This document shows positions 1-10,500 of a stretch of 29,199 nucleotides of DNA, piece by piece (position 1 is the stretch's first letter; every line of letters begins with the position of its first letter). The translations under genes were made by a program, and so were the position numbers. The notes under the pieces were generated by a model. The model did not search any database. It was given only the letters and a program-made list of their open reading frames with translations, and had not been told where the DNA came from. The DNA is from a virus (Duplodnaviria; Caudoviricetes): positions 1-29,199 of the IMG/VR virus record IMGVR_UViG_3300012952_000087; one strand, given 5' to 3'.

Positions 1-1113
1 TTCTCCTGGAGCAGATGTTAAATATCCAGCACTGGCATGATTACCCCATCCATGTGCAGTATTCCAATTATTTTTCTCGGATGTAGTTAAATCTACTGGA
101 GTATATTCAAATTGTCCTGTAGCACTATCATAAGTTAATCCACCAGTAAGTGATGATGTTGCAGCATTTGAAACTCCTATTCCTTGTCTAGATTGAGATA
201 AACTAACATAGTTCACTCCACCAACACTAGAACTACCAACTTCTAGATAAACTTCACTCCCTCCACCCATTCCAAGATCAGTAACTACAATATATGCAGA
301 TGTAATAGTTATTGAAGTAGTTGTACTTATGGTATTATTTGCACCTTGATAAACCCAGTTTTCACCATCAGTTGATGTCCAACAACGGCATTGATTACCT
401 GATGTTAAACTAGTATTAGGAGAAGTACTATGTAATTTTAATTCCCAATTAGTCTCACTATTATCAGATAAAGTAAAGAATAGTAGACCATCACCTTGCT
501 GTCCTCCTGCATTCCAAGGATTTATCCACCCACCCCAATTATTCCAAGATTGAGACTGGAATCCTGTAGGGTAATTTGTATCATATTGATAATTTGCATA
601 ACCACCTTGAACTCCAGTAAAGTAACTGATGTAGTTATTGTTAGCAGGACCAGTCTCTTGTAAATATTTAACGGTTAATGTAGAACCACTACCACCACCA
701 GATTCAGAACCAGAAATCCATTCACTATTAGTATGATCCCATTTTAATATGTCACCTTCAATAGGTGATGTATTAACATTATTTAAATCATTAATATTAA
801 CTGGTACTGTTGGTTTATTTAAAATCTCTCCAAGAGTTCCACTAGCATTCCAATCTGATTGAACCTGTGCTGCTGGAATAACTGGTGGAGTATATGTAAA
901 CTCTCCTGTAGTATTGTCATAAGTAAAATCCCCACTACCAGAAGCAGTAGGATTTGGTTTAACAACAGAAAATGATGTCAAATTTTGTGAGGCAAGATAA
1001 GATCCCTGTTTAGACCAAGACGTACCATTCCATACCCATGTCAATCCATTATGAGCATGAGTAAACGACCCATCAGTTGCTTGTCCGTTTGTTGAAGGAA
1101 AATCTATTGCCAT
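1..1113 (-). CDS. Tail-fibre-like modular structural protein, runs off the window edge (>371 aa; not in the ORF track)
   Basis: ATG at 1113, 4 nt after the TAG of the 1081-aa gene, and open to position 1. Manual translation: MAIDFPSTNGQATDGSFTHAHNGLTWVWNGTSW...FSVVKPNPTASGSGDFTYDNTTGEFTYTPPVIPAAQVQSDWNASGTLGEILNKPTVP...NWNTAHGWGNHASAGYLT. It carries the same fibre modules as the neighbouring gene. Confidence 0.85.
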   Translation of the reverse strand, partial: MAIDFPSTNGQATDGSFTHAHNGLTWVWNGTSWSKQGSYLASQNLTSFSVVKPNPTASGSGDFTYDNTTGEFTYTPPVIPAAQVQSDWNASGTLGEILNKPTVPVNINDLNNVNTSPIEGDILKWDHTNSEWISGSESGGGSGSTLTVKYLQETGPANNNYISYFTGVQGGYANYQYDTNYPTGFQSQSWNNWGGWINPWNAGGQQGDGLLFFTLSDNSETNWELKLHSTSPNTSLTSGNQCRCWTSTDGENWVYQGANNTISTTTSITITSAYIVVTDLGMGGGSEVYLEVGSSSVGGVNYVSLSQSRQGIGVSNAATSSLTGGLTYDSATGQFEYTPVDLTTSEKNNWNTAHGWGNHASAGYLTSAPGE

Positions 1114-1117
1114 TATA

Positions 1118-4100
1118 CTAATAAGTTGTGTTTACTCGTTGTACTTTTTCAAAGGTAAGTACTGGTTGTGTACCACCACTGACACTAGCACCATCACCAA
1201 TCGGTGAACCACCTGACACAGGATGATGAAAGTTTGCAATTGCAACAGTACATATTTGAATCTTCTGCTTAGTTGCATCTTTAATATTTAAGGTATATAA
1301 TATACTCAGAACCTGATCAATATTGTTAGCAACTAGCTGTCCTTCTGCCCTAGCAATATAATGCCAGTTAGTCCCATCATTATCAGTATACTTAAGATAT
1401 AATCCATACTCATGAGTTGTCTGATTACCAGCAAACGGAACCCTAAGATCTAATTTCCATACACCTGGAGATGGGAATGTCCATATACCGTTAGAATCAA
1501 CTTCCATCCCTTGACTACCAACAAGTTCAAATGGGAATCCAACTCTTTGTACACCTCTACCAGCACCAGCAGTACTTAAAGGTGCTGGTGGATTACCTCC
1601 ATTGATTGTCACACCATCATTAATATACCATTGATCAAGAACATATTCATCTAATGCTGAAGGATCTTCATTCCTATCATATGTTAACTCAATTAAATCA
1701 CCATTACTCTTCTTTAATTTTATATAATAAAGATTGGTAATGAAATCACTTGCTGTACCTGATGACCAGTTACCATAAGTAGCAGGGTTTTGTGTATTAG
1801 GATCATCAACTGGTGTAAACATCAAATGCCTAAGAGTCGTTGACCATCCTTCATGTATGATAACTTCCTGTGCTGCTCCAGATAATCCAGCGTAAGGAGC
1901 ATCTATTCTACCAAGTAATGAACCAGCTTCTGATTGTTTACCTGCACTAGTTGTACCATTCCATATAGCACCACTAAGACCCACTCCATTATATCCAGGA
2001 GAAGCCCAACCATCCATTCCAAGACGTATCTCAATAATATCTGATATAGGAGTATCAAATACTAACATAAATGTACTTTGAGAACTTCCATTATTTGCAA
2101 AAAGATTAGTCTCATGATCTGTTATCTTAACAAATGTACTATTATCACCATCAAATATAGTACTTAAATCTGCACCTGTCCTATTAGTCTTATTTGCAGA
2201 TCTATAAACTCCATATCTTTGATTGCCAGGAATAGTATTTGAATATAGTGTTAATTTATCCCAGTCAAATCTAGGGAAACTCTGCTGTCCAAAGTTTGAT
2301 GTTAAAGTATTTGTAGTATCAATATTAGTAGAAACTCCAGGATTAACTCCACTCGCTTCTACCCACTGCGAAGTATCAACATCTTCATAATATACATGTA
2401 ACTTACCACTTTGAGAATCCCACCATAGATCACCATCACTAGGTGAAGTTGGTGGAGTATCATCTGTACTTACAGTTAATCCACCACCACTAGTGGAGAC
2501 AGTAGCCCACTCTAAACCATTAGTAGTAGATTTTAAATACTTGCCATCATCCCATGCGTTTGGAGTATCAGTTTGTTCTAGGAATGTGGTGGATCCACTA
2601 GTTCCAGTAGCATCTGTTTGGTTAGTCCACTCAGATCCATCATATTTTAATACTTCATTTAATTGTGGATTATTAATAGTAACATCGGTTAATCCATCTA
2701 ATGCTGTAGCACCTCCACTAGAACTAGCAGCACCAATTACAATAGATCCAGCCATGCTTGCATGATACTGACAATTGTAATAAAGAGTAGTTCCTGATAA
2801 ACTAGATGTATAAAGTGTTACTACTCCGTTGGATGCACCACCACCAATACCATTCCCATCTACACCACCACCAGTAAAATCAACTCCATTAACGTAAGTT
2901 GGAAGTTGATTACCAGTACCAGTACCACTAACAGTCTTAACTAAGAATGGGTGACCAGTTGTATTAACATTGAATTGAACTATATCACCATCATTAATAT
3001 TGATAGTGATATTATTACCAGAAACAGTACCAGTTCTATCCGATCCTGAAAAAGTATATGCACCCGTTCCACTATTAGTGACATCAATTGAATATGTTAT
3101 CGGACCAGAAGATCCACCAGTGGAATTAATTCTAAATCCATTAGCAGTTATCTGATCAAATGAAATACCACTGCCAGATGATATTGTTATACTATCAGCA
3201 GTTCCAACAGAGGGAGTTAAATCCCATTGAACACTTCCTGAACTAGATGTAATTGATTGACCATATGTTGTGTCAGTATCAGCAGAAATTGTTTGAGGAG
3301 ACCACTCACCATTAATATGATCCCATCCAAGATATGTGTTGTTAGCAGGGGTTCCTGATATTACAACATCTTGAAGATCATTAAGTGAATAATTATGTCC
3401 ATGAGTGGATATTGAATAACTACCTAAATCTGGTGGAGTATATTGAAATTCACCACTAGTATCGTCATATGATAGACCACCAGATGCAGATGCAGCTGCA
3501 TTAGCTATTACTGAAAATGATGTTAGATCAATACTACTACTGCCACCAGATGTAGAAGTACCAGGAGTAAAGGTTAGTACACCTGTACTATTATCATATG
3601 ATAAACTAAGATTTGTACCAACATTATCTGTTATTACTGATATATCACCTAATTGAATACCTGCTGGTAATGCATCTACCCACTGACTACTATCAACATC
3701 CTGATACCATATTTTTAATTTTCCTTCATCAGACTTCCACCACATCTGACCATCATAAGGAGTTGATGGTGCATTATCATCTGTACTAACTTTTGTTGCA
3801 AGATTACTTAGGTCTGGTGGGGTATATGTAAACTCACCATTTGTGTTATTGTATGTAACATCACCTGATGCATTTGCAGTTGGATTTGGTTTAACTACTG
3901 ATAGATCAGACCTAACAATTCCAACATCAGATGATGGAACCCACTTTGTATTATTCCATTTTAATACTGAATTTAGTACTGGTGCATTAGTTGTTGTGTC
4001 AACATCTAATAATGAACCAATACCAAGATTACTAATACCAGTTATATAACCTTCAACTCCATGATCACCCCAACCATGTGCTTCATCCCAATTAGCAATT

Positions 4101-4363
4101 TTTGCAGTATCTTCTATCCAAAAAGAACTTAGATCTGGTGGAGTAAATGAAAATCTACCGATCTCATTAGGAAATGAACCTACTATCTGATAATTTAAAC
4201 TACCACTACCACTGGCAGTAAGAGATATAACTTCAAAATCATTAAGTTCTACATCATTCTCTTCTTGCACATCAAGATCATATAGATCCTGAGCAATCTC
4301 ATTAATTTCTATCCTTTGTTGTTCAAAGGTAAATGTCTTTGGTACATTTCTAAGAGTTGGCAT
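1118..4363 (-). CDS. Modular virion fibre/structural protein (1081 aa) with an internal cupredoxin-like domain and a probable C-terminal beta-sandwich (C1q/TNF-like) head
   Basis: N-terminus KTFTFEQQRIEINEI is typical of cyanomyovirus fibre anchors. Repeated F(T/Q/S)(Y/F)TPPDL modules, two DGxxWWxSxxGKLxxxYxDVDxSQWV modules and LxxLxDV...LK(W/Y) modules. Central GHPF...YYNCQYHASMAG motif and C-terminal GIWTFPSPGVW motif. Confidence 0.8.
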   Translation of the reverse strand: MPTLRNVPKTFTFEQQRIEINEIAQDLYDLDVQEENDVELNDFEVISLTASGSGSLNYQIVGSFPNEIGRFSFTPPDLSSFWIEDTAKIANWDEAHGWGDHGVEGYITGISNLGIGSLLDVDTTTNAPVLNSVLKWNNTKWVPSSDVGIVRSDLSVVKPNPTANASGDVTYNNTNGEFTYTPPDLSNLATKVSTDDNAPSTPYDGQMWWKSDEGKLKIWYQDVDSSQWVDALPAGIQLGDISVITDNVGTNLSLSYDNSTGVLTFTPGTSTSGGSSSIDLTSFSVIANAAASASGGLSYDDTSGEFQYTPPDLGSYSISTHGHNYSLNDLQDVVISGTPANNTYLGWDHINGEWSPQTISADTDTTYGQSITSSSGSVQWDLTPSVGTADSITISSGSGISFDQITANGFRINSTGGSSGPITYSIDVTNSGTGAYTFSGSDRTGTVSGNNITININDGDIVQFNVNTTGHPFLVKTVSGTGTGNQLPTYVNGVDFTGGGVDGNGIGGGASNGVVTLYTSSLSGTTLYYNCQYHASMAGSIVIGAASSSGGATALDGLTDVTINNPQLNEVLKYDGSEWTNQTDATGTSGSTTFLEQTDTPNAWDDGKYLKSTTNGLEWATVSTSGGGLTVSTDDTPPTSPSDGDLWWDSQSGKLHVYYEDVDTSQWVEASGVNPGVSTNIDTTNTLTSNFGQQSFPRFDWDKLTLYSNTIPGNQRYGVYRSANKTNRTGADLSTIFDGDNSTFVKITDHETNLFANNGSSQSTFMLVFDTPISDIIEIRLGMDGWASPGYNGVGLSGAIWNGTTSAGKQSEAGSLLGRIDAPYAGLSGAAQEVIIHEGWSTTLRHLMFTPVDDPNTQNPATYGNWSSGTASDFITNLYYIKLKKSNGDLIELTYDRNEDPSALDEYVLDQWYINDGVTINGGNPPAPLSTAGAGRGVQRVGFPFELVGSQGMEVDSNGIWTFPSPGVWKLDLRVPFAGNQTTHEYGLYLKYTDNDGTNWHYIARAEGQLVANNIDQVLSILYTLNIKDATKQKIQICTVAIANFHHPVSGGSPIGDGASVSGGTQPVLTFEKVQRVNTTY
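2354..3790 (-). repeat. Two diverged copies of a ~39-aa Trp-rich module (about 3671-3790 and 2354-2473)
   Basis: STDDNAPSTPYDGQMWWKSDEGKLKIWYQDVDSSQWVDA versus STDDTPPTSPSDGDLWWDSQSGKLHVYYEDVDTSQWVEA. Confidence 0.9.
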
Positions 4364-4562
4364 CGGACTTCACTATCTGCTTGAGTAGGGATTTGATCTC
4401 ACTTATCTCACTCTTCACAAAATCCAATTCTTGTTCCATGTTTTGAAATTTCTGTGTAGACTTTTTATATTTCTCAAAGGAAGACCTATCGGTATTTATG
4501 GTTGCACCAGTGTTTGCATCACGGTACAGATGATCATTGTCCTTGACTTTTAAATGGTTCAT
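4350..4562 (-). CDS. Small cyanophage-type protein with a C-terminal coiled coil (70 aa)
   Basis: TAATG-coupled to the 2822-aa gene and overlaps the start of the fibre gene. LYRDxxTGAxINT motif followed by the heptad-like stretch MEQELDFVKSEISEIKSLL. Confidence 0.8.
   Translation of the reverse strand: MNHLKVKDNDHLYRDANTGATINTDRSSFEKYKKSTQKFQNMEQELDFVKSEISEIKSLLKQIVKSDANS
4493..4500 (-). promoter_or_regulatory. Possible internal T4-type late promoter (CATAAATA)
   Basis: One mismatch from TATAAATA, about 130 nt upstream of the fibre gene start. It lies inside a coding region, so it could be a chance match. Confidence 0.4.
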
Positions 4563-7500
4563 TAGTATGACGCTACAGCCCTAAGATCTTGAATCTTCGG
4601 TACAAATGCAGGATTTGATGATTTCATCACAACCTTGATGGCAAATGATGAGAACTCAGGAAGATCTTCAACACTGTATGACAGTTCTTGATAAGACTCT
4701 TGCCTTTCTGTAATACCACTAATAGAATTTTCAGCAGTTGCAATTACATCAATATCTGGTAATCCAGTACCATTAAAATGTATCCACTCAATATCTTCAA
4801 AGTTCTCTTGTGAAGAAGACTTCTTAAATCTATACAAGAGTTCAATATTTTTAATATCTGTTGTGTTGGCAGTTAACTTAACATCAATTGTTGTTCCAGG
4901 ATTCTCAATTGAAACCTCTTTAGTTACATATTTAGCAAGACTTGAACTATTCTTAGATTGACTTTCTGAGGTAAATTCAACTCCATCTGTGTAAGATACT
5001 TTAGATATTTCTAACCATCCATATTCATCAGATGCTTGTCCTGTATATGAGATAATATCATTTACACGGAAAACATCATTTGCCATATTAGAAACATCTT
5101 CTGTTCTAGCAAGTGCTCCTGATTGCCAAGGACTAGTATAGTCATCATTAATTGGATTCTTATCATTAACCAATTCTAATACCTTGGTAATAGGATTCCA
5201 TAGAATTACTCTACCTGATATTTTACCAGTATATAACTCTGATAACTTATTATTCTCCCAAGTTCTAGATGGATTTCTAGCAGTAATATATGTTGCTGGT
5301 GAAGTAGTCCAAGGAATGTTTATATCTTCTTTAGATACTGGAGTTGATCCACTAGTACTGATAGTAACATCTCCAACGAAAGCTTTAGCAGCAGTAGCAG
5401 ATTGTTCAAATGTTAATTTTTCACCTGCTGAAAATACAGAAACTGTCTTCAATTTAACCCATATAGATGCATTATTTACTTTAACAATTTCACCTGAAGC
5501 ATTACTTGTTTGACCTGTTACTGTTTGATAGAGATCAATTGATTCTCCACCAGCAATATCAACACCACTAGTTTGGAAGGAGTATATATCATAGAACTCA
5601 ATTAACTGATTTCTACGTCCAAAACGATTCTCCTGACCTTTAGCATTTTCAATTCTATTTGATATAAGTTTAAGTGAAGACCTAGACAGATCAATGAATG
5701 GAGATAGATGAGAAACATCACTATCCAATGTTAACTTATATTCCAAAGATCTATCAATGTTATTAACAGTTTGATTGATCTTAGATGCAATAACCTTTTG
5801 ATTAATAAAGAAGAAATCTTCATTCAAGAAAGTTTTTTCGTAAGTATTTGTCTGATCATAAGAAGTAAACGTACCTACATTATCATCTATAGGAGCAATT
5901 GGCGTTGTCTTAATTTCAGTATCAATACTAGTAGTACTAAAGGTCAGATTAGGAACAACTGCATGTAACTTTTCAGACTTTCTATTGTATGATGCTAGTA
6001 CACCTGTACCACCACCAATAGCATTTGTTGTTGCTCTTGAAGTTGTTGTTACATTATAATGATCAGTGCCAACATTCGTTACTTTATATAATTCTGTATT
6101 TAATTTAGATGATGTTAATCCACCAACATCTACTATTCCATTAAAGAATACATGAGAATTAGTATTCTCAAATCCGTTATTAGGATGATTTACTTTAACT
6201 ACTATATTATTATTTCTGAATAGTGATGATGTAGAACCTGCGTCAGAACTTGAATCAGTTTCAATAGGATCTGCATCAAGTAATGTATACCCAAGATCTT
6301 CATTTGTAAGAAGAAGTTCTGCTGGTCTATCAATACTAAACTCAGCACGATGTAAACTAAATTTAACATCTTCAAATAAATCTTCTGTCCAAGCATTAGT
6401 ATTCTGAGACTTGAATAAAGAACCTAAAGAAGGTTGTGTAGTTACTATAGTACTTGTGGCAATTTCAGTTTCACCTAGTTTAGATGCCCATATATCATAT
6501 TCAACAGAATCTGTTTCTATAGCAAGTGCATACTCAGTGTCATTCTGTAAATAAACAGGATAATCAAACTTGAAGTTAGTTGGAGTTATTGATGCAGTTG
6601 TTCCTGCTTCATCAATTGCGATACCCATTCTTACTGCTGGACTATCAATAGTAATGAATGATTCAATTTCAGCACCAGCATTACCAGTACCCGTTCCACG
6701 TATAACAACAGCAGGTGGTTCTGTATACTCTGAACCAGAAAGAACTAAATCAGAATGATAAACTTTTTTACCAGAAACTCTTACTGTAGCAGTAGCATTA
6801 CCACCACCAGGTAGTTGTGGACTTTCAATAGTTACAACTGCTGAATCATAATCATATCCAGTATTTTTAATATTGAGATTTGTTACTCTACCAGAATCTT
6901 TAACTATCTTGAGTGATAAAGAAGTATTATTTGCGTTGTTGTATTGTGTTATTGATGAAACAGAAAGTATTTCATCCTGAACAAAATCAGTTCCGTTATA
7001 ATTACTCAATACTAAATTATAAACCTGATCACTAGTTAATGTTATTTGTCCAGTTGCTGTTGAAGCTACCTCAATACCATTTCTATCAATAACACGTGAT
7101 ATAGGACCAGAAGCATTTGAAGCAGTTCCAGTTACTTTTTCTGCCTTAGTAATAGTGAGTGTATCACTAGCAACTACTCTTAAGTAAGTATCAGGAGAAA
7201 CAACAGTTTGTGTTCCTGGAACAATGTTCTTACCAGGCTTACTATTCTGTACATCAGTAAGATATACTCTAATAGGAATAGTATTACTCTTCTGTGCAAA
7301 GAATAAATCAATACCTGTTGTGAATACTCCTCCTTCAAATCCTTCTACAGTAAATGTTTGTGCAAGAGGATTTGGTCTAATTGGATTTGATGTATTACTA
7401 TCAGTTATCTGAGTACCTTCATTTGCTTTGAAATATGCTGGAGTAGTAGATATAATAGAAGATGGATTCTCTGGTAACGTACCTGTAGCATAATACTGTA

Positions 7501-10500
7501 CTTCAGCATATGTATCTACAGTGTCTTTATCAGCATCAGTAGAACTTGATGTAAATCTAATTGTTTTAACACCAGCAGTAAACTTGATTTCATCTGCATC
7601 ATTATCATATAAAACAGTATCAACATTACCAGTCCATGTACTATTTTCTCTTGGTGGTTTTCCACAAGGTATTAATACTATTCCACTAGCACTACCATTA
7701 GAATCTGTAACAATAGAACTATTAAACGTTGACAATGAGTTACCAGCAATACCAGTATATCTAAAGTCAGGATTGACCCAACGAGAAATATCTTGTCCTT
7801 CCATAAAGACGCTGATATTTGTATTAGGTTTCAAACGATTTATTACAAACTTAACTGGAATACTTCTAGCAAAGAATGATAGTGAAGTAGCAACAACACT
7901 AGAACCAACTCCCTTAGTTACTAATCCTTTACCAATCTCATTATTTTCAGGACTGATATTTGATGAACTACCAACAGAAGCTTGTGTTACAGATGAATCT
8001 GATATATCACTGTTAACATCTGCAAATGATCCTATATTAAAGAATGCTCTATTAGCACCAAGCCAATTTATCTTATAAGAATTGTATAGACTTGAGAATG
8101 CATCTCTTACTTTATTTTTAGCAATAAAGATAGAATATAAATTTGTATTATTATCTTTTACTAATGGGGTAGTTGACGTATCATACCAAGAATCTGCAAC
8201 TGGACCAATAAATGAATCACCAACGTATTGAAGAACAACAAATGGGTTTGGATTAATAGTCTTAGTAGCAAATGAATTGCCAAGTAATTCTAATTCTGAA
8301 TATGGTAAAGTAACACGGTCTCCATTTCTCACATAACCAGCAGTAACTCTCTGATCTTCTCTTGTATTTACTTCTTTCAGTTCTAGAGATTCTTCATTGG
8401 ATTGAGGTCTCATAACAGATTGTTGTGTATCAACAGAACACTTATAATCAAGTGAACTAAGAGATCCAATCTTATGTGTCTCAAAATTGTCCACTATGAA
8501 ACCACTCTTAAACCTATTAACACCATTACTATTAGTAATGTGCATATTCAATGCTTGCTGTTCAAGAATGCTTAACGTTGTGTAATATTCTAGTCTCTCA
8601 ATGCGTTTTTCTAACTTACCAATATCACGCATTGTGTAACGCTTATTATCAACAGGAACTATCCTTACATCCTTACTACTGTATGTGTATGCAGGAACGT
8701 ACATATAGTATAGAGAAATTGCATCACTAATAGGATCTGGTTTAGATGGGTTTAAAGATGAATTTCCTTTCTTAATAATAAATTCTCCTTTCTTATTCAA
8801 GAATAAGGCATCAATTCTATTAAGGAACTGAGTCTGTGTAAACGAGAATGTATATTCAAGATTTGAATCAGGAGCAGGAGTACTAGTAACTACACCACCA
8901 GCACCTGTAAATGATCTTGTGTTTGATGCAGATAGAAGAGCATTGTTATTAAAACCAGAAGTAATACAATCATTATCAACTTTTGGTCTAAAGTCAAGGA
9001 CATCAGATAATGATACCTTACCTAAAGCTGGTGAATTAAATGATGGAATATCTTCAGATCCAACACCTGCTTCATGTAAATATGAATCAACAGTACAGAA
9101 ATCGCCTTGAGTATGTTCAAAGTAATCAAATGCTATGAGAAGTTTACCTACTGGAGATTCTGTTCCTGGTTTTAAAACAATTCTAGAAATATCATATACT
9201 GTATCTCTTTGTCCATCATCAAAGGTAAATCTATTAGTAACATCAGTTCCATTTATAATATTACCGTTTATATCAACACTAGGTGCTGCTGAAATAGTAC
9301 CTTCATAAACATACCTTAACTTATATGCATCAGCATAACTGAATACATCAGTACTATCTTGATCATAATCTTTTCCACGGAAAGGAGTAACCTTATCTCC
9401 AACAGAATCAATAATAATCCTCTTATTAGCAACAGCAGTCTTAAGTCTTGGTTTTGCCTTAGTAACTTCTAAAGTAGCAGTTACTTTAAGTGTTGGAAAC
9501 TTAGTATAAGTATTTGGTTCTGCTCCAAAGAAATTACTTGGTAGATTTAAAGTAACACTACCTGCTTGCAATCCACTAGCAGAATCAACAGACGAAGCAA
9601 TAGATACTTGATCTGGTCTTATATACAGAACATCACCATCTTCAACTAATGATGTTCCTGTAGTAATTCCTTTGTTAAGAACTGTTACAAGGAAGTTACT
9701 TTCACTGAATGAAACAAACCTTTGTGTTCCATATGGCAAGTCTGCAACAAAAGTAATACCTCCACCAGTACCAGCAGCACCAGCAGCAGTAAAATCTTTT
9801 CTTAGATAGTAAGTTATTTTAGAATCTTCACTACCTGCAACAACTGAACTTACTTGCTTAGTACCTGTTTTGTATAGAAGAGTTCCTTTGTTAAAATTAT
9901 TAATTGAAGGACGTATTCTAACAACGTTAGCATTAGTTAAACCAGATGGTAATGATCTATCAAGATAAATTCTTGATTTGTTTATACCCTGTGGTTTTGT
10001 TGCTTGTTGAACTACAGCACGAAGAGTTCTATCTTCATTGTCAGTAAACTGTACAAGATCTCCTTGTAATAAAAACTTACTGGCATCTCCACCAAATCCA
10101 TTACATTCAATATATTTTCTTCCTTGATCACCACTAAAGGTAGAACTAGTAATAGCAGTAACTTCTGAATATTCTTCCTTATTCACTTCAATATCTGAAG
10201 TAAATAGATTTTCATTACCAGAACTATACTTACAGAAGAATGACTTAACATTCTGTGGTGTGTATGTTGTTACTGAATTTCTAACAAGAACAGGTATAAT
10301 TATAGCAGCAGTTGGAGTACCACCTGAAGAAACACCAATAACTACTGGTGGTTTTGCATATTCAGTTTTAAAAGATTCTATATCTTCAATATTAACTTTA
10401 TAGATTCCACCACCAATAAGACCAACACTAACCTTATCTGAACCGTAATGTATACCATCTATACTAATAGTACTTCCAGTTGCATAATTACCACCACGGT

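Noticed and set aside
1-4363. Diversity-generating retroelement or invertible segment acting on the fibre genes
   Set aside because: The repeats differ at all base types rather than only adenines, and no reverse transcriptase, invertase or flanking inverted repeats were seen.
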